64,000 nt of DNA from Auanema rhodensis. Taxonomy: Eukaryota > Animalia > Nematoda. Positions 12,301-25,900 of this stretch are shown here, one piece after another. Under the pieces are notes generated by a model that saw only the letters and a program-made list of their open reading frames with translations, ran no database searches and was not told where the DNA came from. How positions within the stretch are numbered: the stretch's first letter is position 1; every line of letters begins with the position of its first letter. The translations under genes were made by a program, and so were the position numbers. The stretch lies in the NCBI GenBank assembly GCA_964057225.1, contig OZ059900.1, positions 2,914,001 through 2,978,000 on the forward strand, read 5' to 3'.

Positions 12301-15296
12301 GTCTATTTTTATGAGTTTGCACTGATATTTATTCATTTTGATCAAAAAAGGTCGAAAATAGAAAGAATTTTTGAAATTTCCGAGTTTTGAGTCTAATTTG
12401 GCTAAATCGCTCATATATATGATCAGAAGCATAGTTTCATTGTCTATGACAACAAAAATCATCAATTAAACGCTAGTGATGTTTAAATACTGATTTTCGC
12501 TCAAATAGGATTACTACACTAAGTATGGTCGTTTTTATGCCTTTAACACCATATACTCACCGATTTTTGGTACAAAATCTGTAATACTCGTAAATTTTGA
12601 TCATATTCGTTAAGATTTGAGAATCAAACATACAATACACAAAATCAGTCTATTTTTATGAGCTTGCACTGATATATATTCATTTTGATCAAAAAAGGTC
12701 GAAAATAGAAAGAATTTTTGAAATTTCCGAGTTTTGAGTCTAATTTGGCTAAATCGCTCATATATATGATCAAAAGCATAGTTTTACTGTCTATGATAAC
12801 AAAAGTCTTCAAATATACACTAATAATGATTAAATCACTGAATTTCACTCAAATAGCATTACTACACTAAGTATGGTCGTTTTTATGCCTTTAACACCAT
12901 ATACTCACCGATTTTTGGTACAAAATCTGTAATACTTGTAAATTTTGATCATATTTGTTAAGATTCGAGAATCAAACACATAATACACAAAATAAGTCTA
13001 TTTTTACAAGTTTGCACTGATATTTATTCATTTTGATCAAAAAAGGTCGAAAATAGAAAGAATTTTTGAAATTTCCGAGTTTTGAGTCCAATTTGGCTAA
13101 ATCGCTCATATAAAAGATCAAAAGCATAGTTTTATTGTCTATAACAACAAAAGTCATCAATTAAACGCTTGTGATGTTTAAATACTGAATTTCGCTCAAA
13201 TAGCATTACTACACTAAGTATGGTCGTTTTTATGCCTTTAACACCATATACTCACCGATTTTTGGTACAAAATCTGTAATACTCGTAAATTTTGATCATA
13301 TTTGTTAAGATTTGAGAATCAAACATACAATACACAAAATCAGTCTATTTTTATGAGCTTGCACTGATATATATTCATTTTGATCAAAAAAGGTCGAAAA
13401 TAGAAAGAATTTTTGAAAATTCCGAGTTTTGAGTCTAATTTGGCTAAATCGCTCATATACATGATCAGAAGCATAGTTTTATTGTCTATGACAACAAAAG
13501 TCATCAATTAAACGCTAGTGATGTTTAAATACTGATTTTCGCTCAAATAGCATTACTACACTAAGTATGGTCGTTTTTATGCCTTTAACACCATATACTC
13601 ACCGATTTTTGGTACAAAATCTGTAATACTTGTAAATTTTGATCATATTCGTTAAGATTCGAGAATCAAACACATAATACACGAAATAAGTCTAGTTTTA
13701 TGAGTTTGCACTGATATTTATTCATTTTGATCAAAAAAGGTCGAAAATAGAAAGAATTTTTGAATTTTCCGAGTTTTGAGTCCAATTGGGCTAAATCGCT
13801 CATATATATGATCAAAAGCATAGTTTTACTGTCTATGATAACAAAAGTCTTCAAATATACACTAATAATGTGTAAATCACTGAATTTCACTCAAATAGCA
13901 TTACTACACTAAGTATGGTCGTTTTTATGCCTTTAACACCATATACTCACCGATTTTTGGTACAAAATCTGTAATACTTGTAAATTTTGATCATATTCGT
14001 TAAGATTCGAGAATCAAACACATAATACACGAAATAAGTCTAATTTTATGAGTTTGCACTGATATTTATTCATTTTGATCAAAAAAGGTCGAAAATAGAA
14101 AGAATTTTTGAAATTTCCGAGTTTTGAGTCTAATTTGGCTAAATCGCTCATATATATGATCAGAAGCATAGTTTTATTGTCTATGACAACAAAAATCATC
14201 AATTAAACGCTAGTGATGTTTAAATACTGATTTTCGCTCAAATAGGATTACTACACTAAGTATGGTCGTTTTTATGCCTTTAACACCATATACTCACCGA
14301 TTTTTGGTACAAAATCTGTAATACTCGTAAATTTCGATCATATTCGTTAAGATTTGAGAATCAAACATACAATACACAAAATCAGTCTATTTTTATGAGC
14401 TTGCACTGATATATATTCATTTTGATCAAAAAAGGTCGAAAATAGAAAGAATTTTTGAAATTTCCGAGTTTTGAGTCTAATTTGGCTAAATCGCTCATAT
14501 ATATGATCAAAAGCATAGTTTTACTGTCTATGATAACAAAAGTCTTCAAATATACACTAATAATGATTAAATCACTGAATTTCACTCAAATAGCATTACT
14601 ACACTAAGTATGGTCGTTTTTATGCCTTTAACACCATATACTCACCGATTTTTGGTACAAAATCTGTAATACTTGTAAATTTTGATCATATTTGTTAAGA
14701 TTCGAGAATCAAACACATAATACACGAAATAAGTCTATTTTTACAAGTTTGCACTGATATTTATTCATTTTGATCAAAAAAGGTCGAAAATAGAAAGAAT
14801 TTTTGAAATTTCCGAGTTTTGAGTCCAATTTGGCTAAATCGCTCATATATAAGATCAAAAGCATAGTTTTATTGTCTATAACAACAAAAGTCATCAATTA
14901 AACGCTTGTGATGTTTAAATACTGAATTTCGCTCAAATAGCATTACTACACTAAGTATGGTCGTTTTTATGCCTTTAACACCATATACTCACCGATTTTT
15001 GGTACAAAATCTGTAATACTCGTAAATTTTGATCATATTTGTTAAGATTTGAGAATCAAACATACAATACACAAAATCAGTCTATTTTTATGAGCTTGCA
15101 CTGATATATATTCATTTTGATCAAAAAAGGTCGAAAATAGAAAGAATTTTTGAAATTTCCGAGTTTTGAGTCGAATTTGGCTAAATCGCTCATATATATG
15201 ATCAGAAGCATAGTTTTATTGTCTATGACAACAAAAGTCATCAATTAAACGCTAGTGATGTTTAAATACTGATTTTCGCTCAAATAGCATTACTAC
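9392..15296 (+). repeat. 5-monomer higher-order repeat, 1737-bp period, about 3.4 copies (M28-M44)
   Basis: Rare variant AAATAGGATTA at 10772, 12509 and 14246 (1737-bp steps). CGCTTGTG/CTATAAC monomers start at 9392, 11129, 12866 and 14603. The length pattern 347,347,348,347,348 repeats. Confidence 0.9.
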
Positions 15297-17382
15297 ACTA
15301 AGTATGGTCGTTTTTATGCCTTTAACACCATATACTCACCGATTTTTGGTACAAAATCTGTAATACTCGTAAATTTTGATCATATTCGTTAAGATTTGAA
15401 AATCAAACACACAATAAACAAAATCAGTCTATTTTTATGAGTTTGCACTGATATATATTCATTTTGATCAAAAAAGGTCGAAAATAGAAAGAATTTTTGA
15501 AATTTCCGAGTTTTGAGTCTAATTTGGCTAAATCGCTCATATATATGATCAAAAGCATAGTTTTACTGTCTATGATAACAAAAGTCTTCAAATATACACT
15601 AATAATGTGTAAATCACTGAATTTCACTCAAATAGCTTTACTACACTAAGTATGGTCGTTTTTATGCCTTTAACACCATATACTCACCGATTTTTGGTAC
15701 AAAATCTGTAATACTTGTAAATTTTGATCATATTCGTTAAGATTCGAGAATCAAACACATAATACACGAAATAAGTCTATTTTTATGAGTTTGCACTGAT
15801 ATTTATTCATTTTGATCAAAAAAGGTCGAAAATAGAAAGAATTTTTGAATTTTCCGAGTTTTGAGTCCAATTGGGCTAAATCGCTCATATATATGATCAA
15901 AAGCATAGTTTTACTGTCTATGATAACAAAAGTCTTCAAATATACACTAATAATGATTTAATCACTGAATTTCACTCAAATAGCATTACTACACTAAGTA
16001 TGGTCGTTTTTATGCCTTTAACACCATATACTCACCGATTTTTGGTACAAAATCTGTGATACTCGTAAATTTTGATCATGTTCGGTGAGATTCGAGAATC
16101 AAACACACAATACACGAAATAAGTTTATTTTTACGAGTTTGCACTGATATTTATTCATTTTTATCAAAAAAGGTCGAAAATAGAAAGAATTTTTGAAATT
16201 TCCGAGTTTTGAGTCTAATTTGGCTAAATCGCTCATATATATGATCAAAAGCATAGTTTTACTGTCTATGATAACAAAAGTCTTCAAATATACACTAATA
16301 ATGTGTAAATCACTGAATTTCACTCAAATAGCATTACTACACTAAGTATGGTCGTTTTTATGCCTTTAACACCATATACTCACCGATTTTTGGTACAAAA
16401 TCTGTAATACTTGTAAATTTTGATCATATTCGTTAAGATTCGAGAATCAAACACATAATACACGAAATAAGTCTATTTTTATGAGTTTGCACTGATATAT
16501 ATTCATTTTGATCAAAAAAGGTCGAAAATAGAAAGAATTTTTGAAATTTCCGAGTTTTGAGTCTAATTTGGCTAAATCGCTCATATATATGATCAGAAGC
16601 ATAGTTTTATTGTCTATGACAACAAAAGTCATCAATTAAACGCTAGTGATGTTTAAATACTGATTTTCGCTCAAATAGCATTACTACACTAAGTATGGTC
16701 GTTTTTATGCCTTTAACACCATATACTCACCGATTTTTGGTACAAAATCTGTAATACTCGTAAATTTTGATCATATTCGTTAAGATTTGAAAATCAAACA
16801 CACAATAAACAAAATCAGTCTATTTTTATGAGTTTGCACTGATATATATTCATTTTGATCAAAAAAGGTCGAAAATAGAAAGAATTTTTGAAATTTCCGA
16901 GTTTTGAGTCTAATTTGGCTAAATCGCTCATATATATGATCAGAAGCATAGTTTTATTGTCTATGACAACAAAAGTCATCAATTAAACGCTAGTGATGTT
17001 TAAATACTGATTTTCGCTCAAATAGCATTACTACACTAAGTATGGTCGTTTTTATGCCTTTAACACCATATACTCACCGATTTTTGGTACAAAATCTGTA
17101 ATACTCGTAAATTTTGATCATATTCGTTAAGATTTGAAAATCAAACACACAATAAACAAAATCAGTCTATTTTTATGAGTTTGCACTGATATATATTCAT
17201 TTTGATCAAAAAAGGTCGAAAATAGAAAGAATTTTTGAAATTTCCGAGTTTTGAGTCTAATTTGGCTAAATCGCTCATATATATGATCAAAAGCATAGTT
17301 TTACTGTCTATGATAACAAAAGTCTTCAAATATACACTAATAATGTGTAAATCACTGAATTTCACTCAAATAGCTTTACTAC

Positions 17383-20300
17383 ACTAAGTATGGTCGTTTT
17401 TATGCCTTTAACACCATATACTCACCGATTTTTGGTACAAAATCTGTGATACTCGTAAATTTTGATCATATTCGGTGAGATTCGAGAATCAAACACACAA
17501 TACACGAAATAAGTTTATTTTTACGAGTTTGCACTGATATTTATTCATTTTGATCAAAAAAGGTCGAAAATAGAAAGAATTTTTGAAATTTACGAGTTTT
17601 GAGTCTAATTTGGCTAAATCGCTCATATATATGATCAGAAGCATAGTTTTTTTGTCTATGACAACAAAAGTCATTAGTTAAACACTAATGATGTTTAAAT
17701 CACTAAATTTCGCTCAAATAGCATTACTACACTAAGTATGGTCGTTTTTATGCCTTTAACACCATATACTCACCGATTTTTGGTACAAAATCTGTAATAC
17801 TTGTAAATTTTGATCATATTCGTTAAGATTCGAGAATCAAACACATAATACACGAAATAAGTCTATTTTTATGAGTTTGCACTGATATTTATTCATTTTG
17901 ATCAAAAAAGGTCGAAAATAGAAAGAATTTTTGAATTTTCCGAGTTTTGAGTCCAATTGGGCTAAATCGCTCATATATATGATCAAAAGCATAGTTTTAC
18001 TGTCTATGATAACAAAAGTCTTCAAATATACACTAATAATGTGTAAATCACTGAATTTCACTCAAATAGCTTTACTACACTAAGTATGGTCGTTTTTATG
18101 CCTTTAACACCATATACTCACCGATTTTTGGTACAAAATCTGTAATACTTGTAAATTTTGATCATATTTGTTAAGATTCGAGAATCAAACACATAATACA
18201 CGAAATAAGTCTATTTTTATGAGTTTGCACTGATATTTATTCATTTTGATCAAAAAAGGTCGAAAATAGAAAGAATTTTTGAATTTTCCGAGTTTTGAGT
18301 CCAATTGGGCTAAATCGCTCATATATATGATCAAAAGCATAGTTTTACTGTCTATGATAACAAAAGTCTTCAAATATACACTAATAATGATTTAATCACT
18401 GAATTTCACTCAAATAGCATTACTACACTAAGTATGGTCGTTTTTATGCCTTTAACACCATATACTCACCGATTTTTGGTACAAAATCTGTAATACTCGT
18501 AAATTTTGATCATATTCGTTAAGATTTGAGAATCAAACATACAATACACGAAATAAGTTTATTTTTACGAGTTTGCACTGATATTTATTCATTTTTATCA
18601 AAAAAGGTCGAAAATAGAAAGAATTTTTGAAATTTACGAGTTTTGAGTCTAATTTGGCTAAATCGCTCATATATATGATCAAAAGCATAGTTTTACTGTC
18701 TATGATAACAAAAGTCTTCAAATATACACTAATAATGTGTAAATCACTGAATTTCACTCAAATAGCTTTACTACACTAAGTATGGTCGTTTTTATGCCTT
18801 TAACACCATATACTCACCGATTTTTGGTACAAAATCTGTAATACTTGTAAATTTTGATCATATTCGTTAAGATTCGAGAATCAAACACATAATACACGAA
18901 ATAAGTCTATTTTTATGAGTTTGCACTGATATTTATTCATTTTGATCAAAAAAGGTCGAAAATAGAAAGAATTTTTGAAATTTCCGAGTTTTGAGTCTAA
19001 TTTGGCTAAATCGCTCATATATATGATCAGAAGCATAGTTTTATTGTCTATGACAACAAAAGTCATCAATTAAACGCTAGTGATGTTTAAATACTGATTT
19101 TCGCTCAAATAGCATTACTACACTAAGTATGGTCGTTTTTATGCCTTTAACACCATATACTCACCGATTTTTGGTACAAAATCTGTAATACTCGTAAATT
19201 TTGATCATATTCGTTAAGATTTGAGAATCAAACATACAATACACAAAATCAGTCTATTTTTATGAGCTTGCACTGATATATATTCATTTTGATCAAAAAA
19301 GGTCGAAAATAGAAAGAATTTTTGAAATTTACGAGTTTTGAGTCTAATTTGGCTAAATCGCTCATATATATGATCAAAAGCATAGTTTTACTGTCTATGA
19401 TAACAAAAGTCTTCAAATATACACTAATAATGATTAAATCACTGAATTTCACTCAAATAGCATTACTACACTAAGTATGGTCGTTTTTATGCCTTTAACA
19501 CCATATACTCACCGATTTTTGGTACAAAATCTGTGATACTCGTAAATTTTGATCATATTCGGTGAGATTCGAGAATCAAACACACAATACACGAAATAAG
19601 TTTATTTTTACGAGTTTGCACTGATATTTATTCATTTTGATCAAAAAAGGTCGAAAATAGAAAGAATTTTTGAAATTTACGAGTTTTGAGTCTAATTTGG
19701 CTAAATCGCTCATATATATGATCAGAAGCATAGTTTTTTTGTCTATGACAACAAAAGTCATTAGTTAAACACTAATGATGTTTAAATCACTAAATTTCGC
19801 TCAAATAGCATTACTACACTAAGTATGGTCGTTTTTATGCCTTTAACACCATATACTCACCGATTTTTGGTACAAAATCTGTAATACTTGTAAATTTTGA
19901 TCATATTCGTTAAGATTCGAGAATCAAACACATAATACACGAAATAAGTCTATTTTTATGAGTTTGCACTGATATTTATTCATTTTGATCAAAAAAGGTC
20001 GAAAATAGAAAGAATTTTTGAATTTTCCGAGTTTTGAGTCCAATTGGGCTAAATCGCTCATATATATGATCAAAAGCATAGTTTTACTGTCTATGATAAC
20101 AAAAGTCTTCAAATATACACTAATAATGTGTAAATCACTGAATTTCACTCAAATAGCTTTACTACACTAAGTATGGTCGTTTTTATGCCTTTAACACCAT
20201 ATACTCACCGATTTTTGGTACAAAATCTGTAATACTTGTAAATTTTGATCATATTCGTTAAGATTCGAGAATCAAACACATAATACACGAAATAAGTCTA

Positions 20301-22948
20301 TTTTTATGAGTTTGCACTGATATTTATTCATTTTGATCAAAAAAGGTCGAAAATAGAAAGAATTTTTGAATTTTCCGAGTTTTGAGTCCAATTGGGCTAA
20401 ATCGCTCATATATATGATCAAAAGCATAGTTTTACTGTCTATGATAACAAAAGTCTTCAAATATACACTAATAATGATTTAATCACTGAATTTCACTCAA
20501 ATAGCATTACTACACTAAGTATGGTCGTTTTTATGCCTTTAACACCATATACTCACCGATTTTTGGTACAAAATCTGTAATACTCGTAAATTTTGATCAT
20601 ATTCGTTAAGATTTGAGAATCAAACATACAATACACGAAATAAGTTTATTTTTACGAGTTTGCACTGATATTTATTCATTTTTATCAAAAAAGGTCGAAA
20701 ATAGAAAGAATTTTTGAAATTTACGAGTTTTGAGTCTAATTTGGCTAAATCGCTCATATATATGATCAAAAGCATAGTTTTACTGTCTATGATAACAAAA
20801 GTCTTCAAATATACACTAATAATGTGTAAATCACTGAATTTCACTCAAATAGCTTTACTACACTAAGTATGGTCGTTTTTATGCCTTTAACACCATATAC
20901 TCACCGATTTTTGGTACAAAATCTGTAATACTTGTAAATTTTGATCATATTCGTTAAGATTCGAGAATCAAACACATAATACATGAAATAAGTCTATTTT
21001 TATGAGTTTGCACTGATATTTATTCATTTTGATCAAAAAAGGTCGAAAATAGAAAGAATTTTTGAAATTTCCGAGTTTTGAGTCTAATTTGGCTAAATCG
21101 CTCATATATATGATCAGAAGCATAGTTTTATTGTCTATGACAACAAAAGTCATCAATTAAACGCTAGTGATGTTTAAATACTGATTTTCGCTCAAATAGC
21201 ATTACTACACTAAGTATGGTCGTTTTTATGCCTTTAACACCATATACTCACCGATTTTTGGTACAAAATCTGTAATACTCGTAAATTTTGATCATATTCG
21301 TTAAGATTTGAGAATCAAACATACAATACACAAAATCAGTCTATTTTTATGAGCTTGCACTGATATATATTCATTTTGATCAAAAAAGGTCGAAAATAGA
21401 AAGAATTTTTGAAATTTACGAGTTTTGAGTCTAATTTGGCTAAATCGCTCATATATATGATCAAAAGCATAGTTTTACTGTCTATGATAACAAAAGTCTT
21501 CAAATATACACTAATAATGATTAAATCACTGAATTTCACTCAAATAGCATTACTACACTAAGTATGGTCGTTTTTATGCCTTTAACACCATATACTCACC
21601 GATTTTTGGTACAAAATCTGTGATACTCGTAAATTTTGATCATATTCGGTGAGATTCGAGAATCAAACACACAATACACGAAATAAGTTTATTTTTACGA
21701 GTTTGCACTGATATTTATTCATTTTGATCAAAAAAGGTCGAAAATAGAAAGAATTTTTGAAATTTACGAGTTTTGAGTCTAATTTGGCTAAATCGCTCAT
21801 ATATATGATCAGAAGCATAGTTTTTTTGTCTATGACAACAAAAGTCATTAGTTAAACACTAATGATGTTTAAATCACTAAATTTCGCTCAAATAGCATTA
21901 CTACACTAAGTATGGTCGTTTTTATGCCTTTAACACCATATACTCACCGATTTTTGGTACAAAATCTGTAATACTTGTAAATTTTGATCATATTCGTTAA
22001 GATTCGAGAATCAAACACATAATACACGAAATAAGTCTATTTTTATGAGTTTGCACTGATATTTATTCATTTTGATCAAAAAAGGTCGAAAATAGAAAGA
22101 ATTTTTGAATTTTCCGAGTTTTGAGTCCAATTTGGCTAAATCGCTCATATATATGATCAAAAGCATAGTTTTACTGTCTATGATAACAAAAGTCTTCAAA
22201 TATACACTAATAATGTGTAAATCACTGAATTTCACTCAAATAGCTTTACTACACTAAGTATGGTCGTTTTTATGCCTTTAACACCATATACTCACCGATT
22301 TTTGGTACAAAATCTGTAATACTTGTAAATTTTGATCATATTCGTTAAGATTCGAGAATCAAACACATAATACACGAAATAAGTCTATTTTTATGAGTTT
22401 GCACTGATATTTATTCATTTTGATCAAAAAAGGTCGAAAATAGAAAGAATTTTTGAATTTTCCGAGTTTTGAGTCCAATTGGGCTAAATCGCTCATATAT
22501 ATGATCAAAAGCATAGTTTTACTGTCTATGATAACAAAAGTCTTCAAATATACACTAATAATGATTTAATCACTGAATTTCACTCAAATAGCATTACTAC
22601 ACTAAGTATGGTCGTTTTTATGCCTTTAACACCATATACTCACCGATTTTTGGTACAAAATCTGTAATACTCGTAAATTTTGATCATATTCGTTAAGATT
22701 TGAGAATCAAACATACAATACACGAAATAAGTTTATTTTTACGAGTTTGCACTGATATTTATTCATTTTTATCAAAAAAGGTCGAAAATAGAAAGAATTT
22801 TTGAAATTTACGAGTTTTGAGTCTAATTTGGCTAAATCGCTCATATATATGATCAAAAGCATAGTTTTACTGTCTATGATAACAAAAGTCTTCAAATATA
22901 CACTAATAATGATTAAATCACTGAATTTCACTCAAATAGCATTACTAC
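17383..22948 (+). repeat. 6-monomer higher-order repeat, 2087-bp period; two full copies and one internally deleted 4-monomer copy (M51-M66)
   Basis: The GTTTTTTTGTC/CATTAGTT monomer starts at 17383, 19470, 21557 and 22949. The CATTTTTATC + TTTACGAG monomer starts at 18427, 20514 and 22601. The ORF series repeats at +2087. Confidence 0.9.
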
Positions 22949-25900
22949 ACTAAGTATGGTCGTTTTTATGCCTTTAACACCATATACTCACCGATTTTTG
23001 GTACAAAATCTGTGATACTCGTAAATTTTGATCATATTCGGTGAGATTCGAGAATCAAACACACAATACACGAAATAAGTTTATTTTTACGAGTTTGCAC
23101 TGATATTTATTCATTTTGATCAAAAAAGGTCGAAAATAGAAAGAATTTTTGAAATTTACGAGTTTTGAGTCTAATTTGGCTAAATCGCTCATATATATGA
23201 TCAGAAGCATAGTTTTTTTGTCTATGACAACAAAAGTCATTAGTTAAACACTGATGATGTTTAAATCACTAAATTTCGCTCAAATAGCATTACTACACTA
23301 AGTATGGTCGTTTTTATGCCTTTAACACCATATACTCACCGATTTTTGGTACAAAATCTGTAATACTTGTAAATTTTGATCATATTCGTTAAGATTCGAG
23401 AATCAAACACATAATACACGAAATAAGTCTATTTTTATGAGTTTGCACTGATATTTATTCATTTTGATCAAAAAAGGTCGAAAATAGAAAGAATTTTTGA
23501 ATTTTCCGAGTTTTGAGTCCAATTGGGCTAAATCGCTCATATATATGATCAAAAGCATAGTTTTACTGTCTATGATAACAAAAGTCTTCAAATATACACT
23601 AATAATGATTTAATCACTGAATTTCACTCAAATAGCATTACTACACTAAGTATGGTCGTTTTTATGCCTTTAACACCATATACTCACCGATTTTTGGTAC
23701 AAAATCTGTGATACTCGTAAATTTTGATCATATTCGGTGAGATTCGAGAATCAAACACACAATACACGAAATAAGTTTATTTTTACGAGTTTGCACTGAT
23801 ATTTATTCATTTTGATCAAAAAAGGTCGAAAATAGAAAGAATTTTTGAAATTTCCGAGTTTTGAGTCTAATTTGGCTAAATCGCTCATATATATGATCAA
23901 AAGCATAGTTTCACTGTCTATGATAACAAAAGTCTTCAAATATACACTAATAATGTGTAAATCACTGAATTTCACTCAAATAGCATTACTACACTAAGTA
24001 TGGTCGTTTTTATGCCTTTAACACCATATACTCACCGATTTTTGGTACAAAATCTGTGATACTCGTAAATTTTGATCATATTCGGTGAGATTCGAGAATC
24101 AAACACACAATACACGAAATAAGTTTATTTTTACGAGTTTGCACTGATATTTATTCATTTTGATCAAAAAAGGTCGAAAATAGAAAGAATTTTTGAAATT
24201 TCCGAGTTTTGAGTCTAATTTGGCTAAATCGCTCATATATATGATCAAAAGCATAGTTTTATTGTCTATGACAACAAAAGTCATCAATTAAACGCTAGTG
24301 ATGTTTAAATACTGAATTTCGCTCAAATAGCATTACTACACTAAGTATGGTCGTTTTTATGCCTTTAACACCATATACTCACCGATTTTTGGTACAAAAT
24401 CTGTAATACTCGTAAATTTTGATCATATTCGTTAAGATTTGAGAATCAAACATACAATACACAAAATCAGTCTATTTTTATGAGCTTGCACTGATATATA
24501 TTCATTTTGATCAAAAAAGGTCGAAAATAGAAAGAATTTTTGAAATTTACGAGTTTTGAGTCTAATTTGGCTAAATCGCTCATATATATGATCAGAAGCA
24601 TAGTTTTATTGTCTATGACAACGAAAGTCATTAATTAAACACTAATGATGTTTAAATCACTAAATTTCGCTCAAATAGCATTACTACACTAAGTATGGTC
24701 GTTTTTATGCCTTTAACACCATATACTCACCGATTTTTGGTACAAAATCTGTAATACTCGTAAATTTTGATCGTATTCGGTGAGATTCGAGAATCAAACA
24801 CACAATACACAAAATAAGTTTATTTTGACGAGTTTGCACTGATATATATTCATTTTGATCAAAAAAGGTCGAAAATAGAAAGAACTTTTGAAATTTCCGA
24901 GTTTTGAGTCTAATTTGGCTAAATCGCTCATATACATGATCAGAAGCATAGTTTTATTGTCTATGACAACAAAAGTCTTCAAATATACACTAATGATGTG
25001 TAAATCACTGAATTTCACTCAAATAGCTTTACTACACTAAGTATGGTCGTTTTTATGCCTTTAACACCATATACTCACCGATTTTTGGTACAAAATCTGT
25101 AATACTCGTAAATTTTGATCATATTCGTTAAGATTTGAGAATCAAACATACAATACACAAAATCAGTCTATTTTTATGAGCTTGCACTGATATATATTCA
25201 TTTTGATCAAAAAAGGTCGAAAATAGAAAGAACTTTTGAAATTTCCGAGTTTTGAGTCTAATTTGGCTAAATCGCTCATATATATGATCAAAAGCATAGT
25301 TTTATTGTCTATGACAACAAAAGTCATCAATTAAACGCTAGTGATGTTTAAATACTGAATTTCGCTCAAATAGCATTACTACACTAAGTATGGTCGTTTT
25401 TATGCCTTTAACACCATATACTCAACGATTTTTGGTACAAAATCTGTAATACTCGTAAATTTTGATCATATTCGTTAAGATTTGAGAATCAAACATACAA
25501 TACACAAAATCAGTCTATTTTTATGAGCTTGCACTGATATATATTCACTTTGATCAAAAAAGGTCGAAAATAGAAAGAATTTTTGAAATTTCCGAGTTTT
25601 GAGTCTAATTTGGCTAAATCGCTCATATACATGATCAGAAGCATAGTTTTATTGTCTATGACAACAAAAGTCATCAATTAAACACTAATGATGTTTAAAT
25701 CACTAAATTTCGCTCAAATAGCATTACTTCACTAAGTATGGTCGTTTTTATGCCTTTAACACCATATACTCAACGATTTTTGGTACAAAATCTGTAATAC
25801 TCGTAAATTTTGATCATATTCGGTGAGATTCGAGAATCAAACACACAATACACGAAATAAGTTTATTTTTACGAGTTTGCACTGATATTTATTCATTTTG

